Positions 23,640 to 35,717 of a DNA stretch of 43,992 nt are shown one piece after another. The position numbers were made by a program, and so were the translations under genes. The notes under the pieces were generated by a model, which ran no database searches, had not been told where the DNA came from, and saw only the letters and a program-made list of their open reading frames with translations. Source of the stretch: Perkinsus olseni (lineage: Eukaryota); contig JABANN010000278.1 of assembly GCA_013115125.1 (NCBI GenBank), positions 1-43,992 of the forward strand, read 5' to 3'. Each line of letters starts with the position of its first letter. The first letter of the stretch is position 1.

Positions 23640-26600
23640 ATGCCTCCGTCCACTGCCGAGCACACTACCGTTATGAACAATCTTACACTGCGTAAGGCTC
23701 GTGGGCAGTGAACGATACCACTCCTTTCACTACTTTCAGCTTCCCCCAGCAGCGAAGGGTCCTCTTACGTGTATCCCACCGATACTGGAGAAAACGAGCT
23801 TGGCGAGCTCAACTGCAAGCCGGCTCGTCTAGTCCTAGAGGACGGCACTGAGTTTGAAGGGTAGTAGACACGAAGCCTCGTGCGGGACCGAAGCATCAGC
23901 GACGGCTCAGGTACTCCTTCGGTTACCATGGCTCGGTCGCAGGCGAGTTGGTTTTCAACACTGGTATGGTCGGGTATCCTGAGAGCTTGACTGACCCTAG
24001 TTACACTGGCCAGCTCCTTTGCATCACCTTCCCTTTGGTTGGCAACTATGGCGTCCCCTCTGACGAGCTCGACCATCTAGGACTCCCACGTCACTTTGAG
24101 GGAAAGAGAGTCCACGTCAAGGCACTGGTCATCAGTGACTACAGCTTCGCCAGCAGCCACTACACGGCTAAGAGAACTCTGTCAGAGTGGCTCAGAAGGG
24201 AGAAGGTCCCCGGTATTTTTGGCGTTGATACCCGTGCTGTGACTAAGCATGTCCGGTCATGTGGCGCCATGCTGGCTAAGCTCGTTATAGCGGACGATGG
24301 CCCTGCTGGTGAGGTAGATGCTTGGCAAGATGTCGAGTGGGATGACCCTAACGTCCGCGTCCTCCAGAAGGAAGTATCTTGCACCGAGGTCAGAGTTTTC
24401 CACCCAGCAGCGCCTGGGGAAGAGGTCGTTGACATCGGCAGCCCCGTGAAGTCCATCAGACGCATTGGCGGCGATCCGGACCCGGATAGACCTATCCGCA
24501 TCTTGGCGGTGGATTGCGGTATGAAATACAACATAATTCGTTATTTTGTGGACGTTCTTAGAGTCCAGCTGACTGTGGTGCCGTGGGACTACGACTTTAC
24601 CGAGATGGACTTCGACGGCCTTTTTCTCTCCAACGGGCCTGGTGACCCGACCATGTGTGAGGCGACTATTAAACACGTACGAAAAATCATAGAAACTCCC
24701 CGGGAGAGGCCCATACCTATTTTCGGTATTTGCTTGGGTAACCAGATCTTGGCGCTGGCGGCGGGGGCGAAGACCTATAAGATGGTATTTGGTAACCGTG
24801 GAATGAATCAGCCCGTCATCGACCTCAGGACGGCCAAGTGCTACATCACACCTCAGAATCATGGTTTTGCTGTGGACACCGAGTCCCTGCCCGAGAATTG
24901 GACTTCTCTCTTCGTCAATGCTAACGATGGCACCAATGAGGGCATCATACATCGCTATCATCCATGGTTTTCGGTCCAATTCCATCCCGAGGCATGTGGC
25001 GGCCCGACGGACACCAGTTTTCTCTTCACCTACTTCATTAACGCTGTGGTCAATCCAACTGCCTTACCGGTTACTACGGTACCATACCGCTTGCCAAGTC
25101 CAGTGAAGAAAGTGCTCGTACTGGGGTCCGGCGGACTTAGCATTGGACAGGCCGGAGAGTTCGACTATTCTGGCTCACAGTGCATCAAGGCCCTGAAGGA
25201 GTCCAACATCATGTCGGTCCTTATCAACCCGAACATTGCCACTGTGCAGACGAGTAAAGGCCTGGCGGACAAGGTCTACTTCCTGCCGGTCACTCCGGAG
25301 TTCGTCACCAGTGTTATCGAGATCGAGAAACCGGATGGTCTCTTCTGCACTTTTGGTGGTCAGACTGCGCTCAACTGTGCAGTGGCTCTTCATGATGCTG
25401 GGGTGTTGAAGAAGCACAACGTGAGGGTGTTGGGCACGCCAATCTCGAGTATAGTCATGACGGAAGACAGAGATCTTTTCTCTAAGGCCGTTGAGACTGT
25501 TGGCTACAAGGTTGCCGAGTCGGAATCGTGTACGACGGTCCAAGAAGCCGTCGAGGCAGCTTCTAAGCTAGGCTATCCCGTCCTGGTGAGGGCGGCATAT
25601 GCACTTGGCGGGCTGGGCTCGGGATTCGCTGCCAACGAGGCGGAGCTACGTGATCTTTTGCCGATCAGCTTCGCGGCTTCTAAGCAGGTTATCGTGGACA
25701 AGAGCTTGAGGGGGTGGAAGGAGGTCGAGTATGAGGTTGTGAGGGATAGTCAAGACAACTGCATCACTGTATGTAACATGGAGAACTTCGACCCCATGGG
25801 TATCCACACTGGCGACTCTATCGTGGTGGCTCCCTCGCAGACCCTCTCCAACGCGGATTACTACAGACTCAGGAAGTGCGCTATTCAGATGATACGTCAC
25901 ATTGGTATTGTGGGCGAGTGCAACATCCAGTACGCTGTGGACCCCCACTCCGACCAGTTCCGCATCATCGAGGTCAATGCTCGTTTGTCGAGGTCCTCGG
26001 CTCTGGCTTCCAAAGCCACTGGTTATCCATTGGCCTACGTTGCTGCCAAGCTGGCCTTGGGCACTGATCTTGTGACTCTACGGAATATGGTCACCAAGTC
26101 CACTACTGCCTGTTTCGAGCCCAGTCTCGACTACTGCGTCGTCAAGGTACCTCGCTGGGACCTCAAGAAGTTTGCTACTGTTGATCCTCGGGTCGGCTCC
26201 TGTATGAAGAGCGTCGGCGAGGTAATGGCTATCGGCAGGAAGTTCGAGGAGACCATGCAGAAGGCTTTGAGAATGGTTGATGAATCTTGTGACGGTTTTA
26301 CATCCGAACGCTACGACCTAGAGTTCGAGGCCAACCCCTTCCTCGGTAAGGCAGCTGACGACCAGCAGATGCTGCGTGAGGAGCTATCTCAGCCTTCTCC
26401 GCTTCGGGTATGGGCCATCGCTAAGGCCCTTGATTTGGACTATGGCGTAGAGGAGCTCCATCAGCTCACTCGTATCGATAGGTGGTTCCTGTCGAAGCTG
26501 CACAACATCCACCTTATGAAGAGACAGCTCCAGGGCATGGACCTCAATGGGCTCAGACAGGATCCTCGTCTGTTCTTGGCCGCCAAACAGTTTGGTTTCA

Positions 26601-29600
26601 GCGACAAGTACATGTCACGTATTATCAAAGAGGGTATCCCTGCCTGTATCAATCCGAGGTATCTTCGTACTCCGCAGCAAGCCTACATCGACCCTGCATA
26701 CCTCAGCCCGGAGCTTGGCCCTAAGGTAGCGGGTTCGGTCGCCAATGGTGGTACTGATTCTAGTGTGGAGTTGAGTAGTCGGCAGAGAGTGGACGAATGG
26801 TACGTCCGTTGCGTTAGAAAGCAGCTCGGGATCCTGCCGGTTGCTAAGCAAATTGATACACTCGCGGCTGAGTTCCCGGCCCAGACCAACTATCTTTATA
26901 TGACGTACAATGGCGTCGAGGATGATGTGGCACGTGCTTCTTCGGAGCAGCCTTTGGGACTACAGTCCGGCCAAGTTGACCCTAAGAGGGACATACGCGG
27001 GAAGGCCTTCGTCCAGGGCGAGCTATCACCGATGACCAAGCTAGAGTTGTCGCAAGAACTACCGCACTCTGAAGCGATGAAGTATATGATGCTGCCTCCT
27101 GTGAGAAAAGGCAACGTCAAGAAGCCCGCCGCTGTAGCCTCCCTCACAGGATCTGACAGTAGGTTGTTTGACATGGGTGTGGCTCTACTGGATGTCCCTT
27201 TTTCAGGATCAGGTGGTCGAAGTTATCGCAACAGCGTACTGGTGTTGGGCTGCGGTTGTTATCGCATTGGCTCTAGCGTCGAGTTCGACTGGTGTTCTGT
27301 ATCCTGCGTACGAGAAGTGCGGAAGAATGGGAACGTCGCCATCGTCGTCAACTGCAATCCGGAGACCGTCTCGACAGATTACGACGAGTCCGACCGGCTT
27401 TACTTCGAGGAGCTCTCACTGGTGAGATACGCCCCTTTGTTTCTTCGCTTCCGCTCCGCTGTAATACAGTAATAATCTGTGCTCGCCTCATGCTGAGGTC
27501 CCTCTGGTCGTCACTGCTGTTGCTGCTCAGGAACGCGTGCTGGATGTGAACGACTTCGAGAATCCTGAAGGTGTCGTCATATCAGTGGGTGGGCAGACGC
27601 CTAACAACCTAGCAACAGCCCTCACGAGGAACGGTGCCAGCATCCTTGGCACCAGCGTTGAGAGTAAGAGCGACTGTCCTTCCATAGTGGTTTTCAGGGG
27701 ATGTCCGTTCAGGTATCGACACTGCTGAGGACAGGTCCAAGTTTTCAATGCTCTGTGATTCACTGGGGATCGATCAACCCGAGTGGAGTGCCTTCGCGAC
27801 TTTCGAGGAGGTGCGTCCGTTGAGATTGTCTCGTACCACACCATTCGTGAATCAGGCTCGCCACTTCGCCAACAGGGTCAAGTACCCAGTACTGGTCCGA
27901 CCATCCTATGTCCTCTCCGGAGCGGCCATGCGGTGCGTCTATGATGACCAGGAGCTCGAAAAGTATGCTCTTTCGCTCCAGGTTAGAAGCGTGAAGGTTG
28001 TGTCGTAGGTTTTTGAAGACTGCAGCTGTTGTGGCCCAAGACCATCCTGTGGTGGTATCTAAGTATATTGTAAACGCCAAGGAAGTCGAGATGGATGCTG
28101 TTGGATGCGCCGGTAAGTCGCCTGATATCAGACGAGGATCTCTAGCCTAAAACCAATCACTATGTCTCGAAATATGTTCTCCACCCAATGCCACATCGAT
28201 GCGAGTGCCCTTGTGATAACCCATCGGACGTGTCCGCTGTATCAAGATGATGGTGCCACGGTGGTTATTGTGATGATAAATTCAGGAGAAATCGTCAACT
28301 ACGCCATCTCGGAGCATGTACAAAACGCTGGTGTCCATTCGGGAGATGCCACCATCCTGTTACCAGCACAGAAACTGTAAGGGAACCTCTCATCACGGAG
28401 AAGGGATGGCTCGGTGATCAGATACGTGGAGACGCATCGTCGTATCAAGAAGGTGTCCCAGAAGCTATGCAAAGCCTTGAATATATCTGGGCCTTTCAAC
28501 ATACAGTTCATGTGCAAGGAGAACGAGGTAAAGTCTACAGGAATGAAGGCGGTCAGCCGGGAGTGGTCCTATCGTGGTCAGGTTAAAGTCATCGAGTGCA
28601 ACCTTCGGGCTTCTCGTACAGTACCATTTATCAGCAAAACTTTCAATGTCAACTTCATCGAGATAGCAACGAAGGTAGGTGGTTCATTGGAGTTGAGTCG
28701 TCTCTATGGTCGATCAGGTTATGCTACGTGTACCCGTGAGACCGTGGAACATCCATCCGATCGACACCGAGTTTGTCGGCTGCAAGGCGCCAGTGTTTAG
28801 CTTCCAGCGACTGAAGAACTCCGACCCTCGTCTTGGTGTTGAGATGCAAAGTAGCATTCACTGGCCTGTCACGGTTGTTGTAGTGGCTTGTTCCTGTACG
28901 TGCAGGCACTGGTGAAGTGGCGTGCTTCGGTAGAACACCGTACGAGGCTTACCTGAAGGCGTGGTTGTCGGCTGGCTACTGCTTGCCTACTAAGACGATA
29001 TTGGTCAGTATTGGTCCACAACAACAGAAGGAGGAGTTTTTGCCTTGGGCCAAGGTACTCAACTTGATGGGACTGTCGCCGCTATGGTGATCGTTTCAGG
29101 TCTTGATAAGGCTTGGATACCACTTGTTCGCTACGAGGTCGACCTACCAGACTATCAAGGACAAGTTGGATCCGAGCCAGAGCTCTCTCACGCTAGTGTA
29201 GGCTGGCTGTCATGCCTGGCTGCCGTTGAGGGCTGCGTCCAGGTACAAGCCCTATGCTCGACGAGAGCCTAACGTCAAGACACTCATACAGAGTGGGAAG
29301 ATCGACATGTGTATTGTCATCCCGAGCAGCGCCGACTCCTGCGCGGTAGACGGCATGCACTCTCGGTTGTTGCTGTTGTTGTGATGGTCGTCGTTGATGT
29401 AGATCACAGAGGGCTTTGAGATGAGGAGGTTGGCTGTTGATACGCGCACTGCCCTCATCAACGACATAAAGGAAGCTACCTTCCTCGTGCTCTCCTTACA
29501 GAAAAAGTAAGTTAATATTTGAGGTGCCTTTTGAGGATCTTTGGTCAGAGCGGAGCGAGAGAGGGACGGGAAGATTTTCTTCGGCATCGAGACGTGGCAA

Positions 29601-29621
29601 CGCTATCAAGAGCTGAAGTAG
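23640..29621 (+). CDS. CPSII: Glutamine-dependent carbamoyl-phosphate synthetase II (GATase + CPS.A + CPS.B + MGS-like domain), not fused to DHOase/ATCase
   Basis: [38 protein letters not shown] (catalytic Cys), [101 protein letters not shown]. Ends ...[10 protein letters not shown] at 29621. Confidence 0.97.
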
Positions 29622-29808
29622 AAGTATTGAATTTTATTACTGCTCTTTGGGGTAGAGGCCGATGGCCTAATTTTTTTTCTCGAATCTGCTGGCCTTTCGA
29701 GCTAGTTGCACACTGCAAGCTCCCACTGCAACAGAGTTTTTCTAATATCGGTGGCAGCTGTGCTTGCGTTGGCACGGCTGCATGCTGTGGATAGCAGTTT
29801 GTTGCACA

Positions 29809-31152
29809 ATGTCATCACCTTTTTACGCGGACTTCGAGAAGGTCAAGCAGTGGTTGTCGACAGGAAAGCTTGTCCACCCACTGTCGAGTGTCACTTCGGT
29901 TGATGTAATGACAGCTCTTATGAGCCAACCCAAAACGGAAGTCGCCAAGGGCCTTCACAAGACTCTATTTCGAGCGGCAGCTGAACACACAGTATTCGTG
30001 ATATTGGATGGGTGTGGTATCAATGTACTCGAGGAGCATTTGGATCGAAACAGCTTCCTTCGGAGGAACCTCATTGGCACGGTTAACAGTGTATTTCCTG
30101 CAACTACTAGTGCAGCGCTTACCTCCTATGCTACGGGAAAATACCCGGCAGAACACGGCCTTCTGGGCTGGACCACACACATCGACGGGGAAGTAGCGAT
30201 CCATCCTCTACCGTGGACTAATGCCGTGACAGGAGCCCCATTGGACGACACGAAGGAGATGCACGACAAAGTTTTTCGTTTTGATTCTTTTTATGACAAG
30301 CTTGATAAGGATGAGGTGAGACTCTATCAGTACTATGATGATAGTCCCTTCACGAGGGTCGTGCGGGGTGACGGGCCCAGAGTTATTAAAACTAGTCTTA
30401 CTGATTTACAGATGGTCATAGCGGAGTTGCCCAAGTATATACAGGAAAAGACTGACTCAAAGGAGACTACATTCACGGTAGTATACTGCCCGGAGCCAGA
30501 CACGACGGAGCATGCATTGGGGATACACGACCCAGCGACGGGTATCAAGCTACATGAGTTGAATGAGCAGCTCGAGGAGCTGTGGACGGCTTTGAATAGG
30601 ATTCCAGCATCAGTGCGGATGGTGGTGTCAGCTGATCATGGTCAGCTCAACCTGAGCCATGTACAAGTTTATGATTCGCAAGATGATGGTCATACTAGGG
30701 CCAACGTTCTTGCACTCGGCAGGCTTTTGAGAATACCTCCTACGGTTGAGCCTCGCTCTTTTGCCTTGCATCTGTGTGATGGAGTGACGGTAGAGGAAGC
30801 CCGGGAAGTGATTCTGAAGGAAGCCCCGGATGTGGCTGATCATTGGGTACTTCTCACCCCGGACGAGGTTGAGGCTTTACGGATATTGGGCCCTGGTAAG
30901 CTGTCAGAGGCTGCTAGAGAACAGCTTGGGGACCTCCTCGCTGTGACTAATGGGCCTTACCATTTAACTTATCATGTTAATGGGAAGGCTGGCACTGCGA
31001 AGATGGTTGGGCAGCATGGAGGGCTCTTGCCAGCGGAGGTCAGGATTCCCTTTATCGCGCTTGATACGGCACAGAGTGCTGATAAAATGAGGGGTGATTT
31101 CGCTACCATCAAGAAGGTATATTCCGCAGACTTCACGTGGTGTATGCCGTAG
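29809..31152 (+). CDS. Alkaline-phosphatase-superfamily nucleotide pyrophosphatase/phosphodiesterase (intronless)
   Basis: Metal and nucleophile motifs VILDGCG, SVFPATTSAALTSYATG..P.EHGLLG, PDTTEH..G, VSADHG and GQHGG....EVRIP. ATG at 29809 gives 447 aa. Confidence 0.9.
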   Translation: MSSPFYADFEKVKQWLSTGKLVHPLSSVTSVDVMTALMSQPKTEVAKGLHKTLFRAAAEHTVFVILDGCGINVLEEHLDRNSFLRRNLIGTVNSVFPATTSAALTSYATGKYPAEHGLLGWTTHIDGEVAIHPLPWTNAVTGAPLDDTKEMHDKVFRFDSFYDKLDKDEVRLYQYYDDSPFTRVVRGDGPRVIKTSLTDLQMVIAELPKYIQEKTDSKETTFTVVYCPEPDTTEHALGIHDPATGIKLHELNEQLEELWTALNRIPASVRMVVSADHGQLNLSHVQVYDSQDDGHTRANVLALGRLLRIPPTVEPRSFALHLCDGVTVEEAREVILKEAPDVADHWVLLTPDEVEALRILGPGKLSEAAREQLGDLLAVTNGPYHLTYHVNGKAGTAKMVGQHGGLLPAEVRIPFIALDTAQSADKMRGDFATIKKVYSADFTWCMP

Positions 31153-31347
31153 ATTCCCTTGGAGCCGCTGTCAGATCCTCATTTCTTGCTCGATTATATC
31201 TCCTAACAGCAGTCCCTCTTCTTGTAAATTTTTTTGTGATAAGTGTCAGTCTCGCAGGAAATGTTTTGTCGTCGTCAGCGGTGCCAGCGGTGTTGTGTTC
31301 GTGATCTCTGAAGCAACATTGGAGCATCGTCGTTCAGCTCTTATTTA

Positions 31348-31528
31348 ATGGGTTCAACCCGGTTGAATCATTCCAGCAAGACTTCGAAATCTACTTCTGC
31401 TTTTCCTTCACTTCACGTATCCCTCTCAACCATTGCTCTACTCCTCGGTACGGCAACCTCCCTCATCGTCACTATCATCCTTATTATGAGCACACGAAGC
31501 ATGACTGACGCAGAGCAGCCATCCTATC

Positions 31529-31565
<37 letters not shown>

Positions 31566-34500
31566 CCCTACACAGACGTCTAGTGATACATGGCCTGCTG
31601 CCGCTGCAGTTCTTGGAGTCACTGCTGTATCATCACCTGAGTCAACGGTAGGGTCTACGGCCAGTAGCAGCAGTGCGAGTATCAGCAACCAATGCAAAGC
31701 ACGGTAGTAGGGGGGGAGGGGCCGTTGTAGAGGGTCTGCGATGATAATGTCGTGTTGTACTCGTACCGTCTTTAGGCCAACTCTCGACAGTAGTAGCAGC
31801 GTGGAGAGCCTGTCGTCCTCAATGGTGCACCAGGCTGCACCAGGGGATGTGGTGGTCGCACCCAACGGCCAACAGTTCTTGCTAGTTCAGAAGCTGTGGA
31901 ACTCTGGTGGGATGAATACTCGGAGAGATTTCCCGAGATCGTGTTGGCTCGTGTAGGTCAGCCGGTGGATAAAAATCCGATACCACTCCTTCCACCAATT
32001 CCCGGGGGGCAAATTCGATATTTGCCATCTCCTGACGCCTCGATAGGGCCAGGTGAAACGCCTGAAGGTCACGAAGCTTCTCTCGGCGGGAAGGCACGGA
32101 CGGTGCCGCCTGGTGAGTTTCACCAGATCGCTTTACCCTTCTCAAGCGGTTGTTTTTGTAGGCTCATGTTCCGCGACCAACGGCATACTGGATCCGGCGC
32201 TTAGGGAGTACGTAGCATCTCAGCGTAAAACCTCATATATTTTTAATTCCTTGGCGGGTCGAGGAGCCTACGGAGAGGCGTGGCGGGCCATGATGATGGA
32301 TGGAACCTGTCGGGTAGTTGCGGTAATAGTTGCTCTTGGACTTTTGAGCTTCTTGTGTTCAGGAAGTTGTATTAAAGCGCATGTTCGTGGAGAAGGGCGA
32401 ACGAGTGAGACTCTCGGGCCTTCGGGAGGTGTACTTTGGTGAGCTCCTGCGCGATGATAAGGAGAAGGGTACGGCGAATCATACGGCCCGGTACTTGGGT
32501 CACTTCATAGCGAATGAAGCAACGAAGGGGGAGGAACTTTGGCTAGTCTTCGAGAACGAAGGCTTCTCTCTAGTACATTGGTTGTTCCAGCCCAGCGGAG
32601 GCATGGTTACTCGAAGCCTCTTCTGGCGGACACTCCGGTCGGACAACAACAAGCTACTGGATATCATGCGCCAGCTACTGGAAGGGTTAGACGAGATACA
32701 CTCGCGTGGTATCACTCACAGAGATGTCAAACTTGAGAATATACTCCTGAAAATTACGGAGTCCGGGAAGATGGACGTCAAATTAGGGGACTTCGGCAGC
32801 GCTGTCACGTCTGATGCCCTCTTTTACGGTGCGGAAGGCCCCACGACTGCGGAGGAGACCGCTCGCTACGCGCCCCCGCCGGGCTCAGGTAGGAAGGTCT
32901 GAATGGCCATTGACCGGCACTGAGTTCACAATCAGGTGACGCATGCTGTGTTAGACAGCCTTCCTTCGATATTTGGTGTGCCGGTGTGCTATGGTTGGAG
33001 CTCTTCCTCGGCAGTAGAGGGGTATTCGACCCTGATGTCGCTATTGACCCACGGCATAGGGTAGGCGCCGTCCTCTAGGTTGAAAGGCAGTCTTGTCTTT
33101 CTTAGAACCTCTTCGAGCATCGGCTCAGGGCTGTTGGTGTGCAGTCCGACGAGGAGATCGAGCGTGCCTTGCGTGTTGAGGCGTTCAGACTGTGGGGTAT
33201 AACAGAGCAGCCCTTAGGGGACCAGGCAGTTCTGGTGATACCATCTGCTGGCCAACGATGCTTCAATTGGGGGATTCACGCTGCTGTCAGGTTGCCTTCC
33301 AGGCCGCCCTCAACGAACAGGACCCGTTGGAGTCGGGGTTGATGCCTAGGAGCTGTATGGACCTACTACGGTCGCTACTGTCGTGGCATCCCGAGGCCCG
33401 TCCGACAGCTCGAGAAGCTCTCAATAGCGCATGTTTCTCACAACCAGTAGCTGAGCAAGCAAAATATCCTCACTCGAAGCTGCTGCCCCCACCCAAAGAC
33501 ATTGTTTTGAAACGGGAAGATTCCTTGAGGTTGGAGGCGACCTGGCCGAGCTCAAAGATTCCAATGGAGAGCCTAGTTAGTGCGACCAATACGGACATTG
33601 GCGTGCGGAGTCGGATGGAAGACCGTCATAGCCAGTCGGTGATCATCGATCCCAAGACTGGGAAGGAGTATTTCCTGGGCTGTGTGATGGACGGCCACAA
33701 TGGTCCAACAGTGGCAGCTATCCTCGCCAGGCAGTTGGAAGGACAAGTAAGAGTAGGGAGGGGTAGGCCGGTAGTACTATTACTATTCGCATGAATTGAA
33801 AAAAAATTGGTACCATGTATGTGCTATTTTATGTACCTGTTGTAAGTGCTTCCTAATAATTCTTTTGAACGACCACGCGCTTGGTTGTATGATTTTTTGG
33901 CTCATGTACTGTGATAGCCAACTTTCTTTTCTCTTGGAGGCGAATCCCGTAGAAAACCCAACTGGGCTGACGGGAAAAGTTTTCCTACTACGTCATCGAT
34001 TCAGGTGGCTGGGAGGCTTAGTTACGGTATGGATCCCCCGACAGCTCTGCGAACAGCCATACTCGATATCGATGATGCGGTGACGGATACTGACGACCTT
34101 ACTGGGATAGTTGGCAGCACGGTAGTCTCGAGGGGCGTCGAGGGTGTCTACTGTTGGGTGTAGGTGGTATGCCTTATGACGGACGGGTACTCCCTATGGA
34201 CGGCAAATACTGGCGATTGTCGTGCTGTGAAGGCCGAGATAGTGGATGAGAAGGACTGGTCTCCCGCGGTAGGAGAGCATCTTTACACTAGCTCTTTTGG
34301 TATCTTATGTTGCAGGTTGGAGGTCACGTATCCTGGGGTGAGAACTATTCAGGCGTAGTGTTAGGATCGGCACCTCATGGCCGTGTGTTGGTGCGGCCCG
34401 ATGACATGCCTAACAAGCGCAAATACGTTTTGAAGGAGAAGTAAGGATTCCATTCGAGCTCGCTTGCTCGTAACTGCTCTGTGGGATGTGTAGGCTTCGA

Positions 34501-35168
34501 CCATATAGTGACTTGGCTGTGATGACGTCTCGTCTAACGACTGATCACAAACCTGGTGATCCTCGAGAGGCCTCCAGAATTGAAGCTTCTGGAGGGAAGG
34601 TGGGCAGTGGAGACCAGTGCGAACCGAGATGGACTGACTTTCCGCCCAGGTTACGTATAGTGATCCATCTGACCCCGAGTCGTCTACGTATCGAGTGAAC
34701 GGTGCACTGGGTGTGTCTCGGTCGGTGGGTGTTCGCTCGTTGAAGCGGTATGGTGTTGTGGCCGATCCCGACGTCACGATGGTCAACACCGGCGACAAGT
34801 GAGTGGTTAATTCATGGTCCCTCTTCTTCTTTTCTTCAATGGTTTGATTCTGACTCATGGGTTGTTGAGCACGATCTAGTAGTAGGAGGGGTTGTGATGA
34901 TACCACCTCAGATTGGCACGACAATGGCTGGTCATGATGTGCAGTGACGGCGTTTGGGACGTCATGGACGATCAGACCGCAGCCGAGGTAACATCAATCA
35001 TCGACATCAATATCACCCTAACTCAGTTCTGATCAGATCGCTTTGAGCGTATCTCCGCGTACTGTCGAGAATATGAGCCAGGCTGTCGTCGAAGAGGCAA
35101 AGAAAAGAGGAAGCCGAGACAATCTCACGTGTATGGTTGTTTACCTCAAGTGGAAGGCTGACAGTTGA
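31348..35168 (+). CDS. Protein kinase-PP2C (PPM) phosphatase fusion with N-terminal hydrophobic helix
   Basis: Kinase motifs: AGRGAYGEAW, VVLKRM, LSGLREVYFG, HRDVKLENIL, KLGDFGSA, RPTAREAL. PP2C motifs: RSRMEDRH, VMDGHNG, ANTGDCRAV, LTTDHKP, RIEASGG, VSRSVG, CSDGVWD, GSRDNLT. The kinase end and the PP2C start lie in one continuous frame (33192-33794). Confidence 0.88.
31528..31563 (+). repeat. (CAA)12 microsatellite encoding polyQ
   Basis: 12 perfect CAA units in the first exon of the kinase-PP2C gene. Confidence 0.95.
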
Positions 35169-35717
35169 CTGCGATGATGATGATGATCAGCATCATTCTT
35201 ATGTACACTATCAGTGGTGATTCTTCTCTACCAGTTTTATCGACGACCTTCGGGCTACTGTTATGAATTAAGGCGCAGTACCATAGTATCATTTAAACAC
35301 CGTGTTACATCCCGTTCGGCGGCTGCGGCTGCTGCTGCTGTTACGTTATTCTCAACAGTCTTGTATAATAATACCACTCTACCAGCATACTTGTCACCTC
35401 TCCCTTGGCTATCGCAGCCGTCGCCGCTGATACTGTTGTTGTTATTAAACGATTAAGGTTGTGGTCCCCGCCAGGGCGTCTAATGTCCGGATCGTCTTGC
35501 GTTGTTACCCTTGTGCAGTGCCGGGTGAATCCTACTGGGCGCGCGCGGTTGTCGTAGAAGCAAAGTCGATCTCGCTCGCCCTAAATTGCTCACCATTGGA
35601 GACGTCTGCCCCTTGCGTTCCAGCTCTCTTCCAAGGCACAGTCTGGGAGGTTAATCGCCCCCAGAGAGTTAATTCATCCCGTCGCCATTTTTCTAATTAA
35701 CAGTCTTATATATACAA

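Noticed and set aside
23640-31152. CAD-like fusion of CPSII with the downstream ORF
   Set aside because: CPSII stops at 29621, and the next ORF is an AP-superfamily enzyme rather than DHOase or ATCase.
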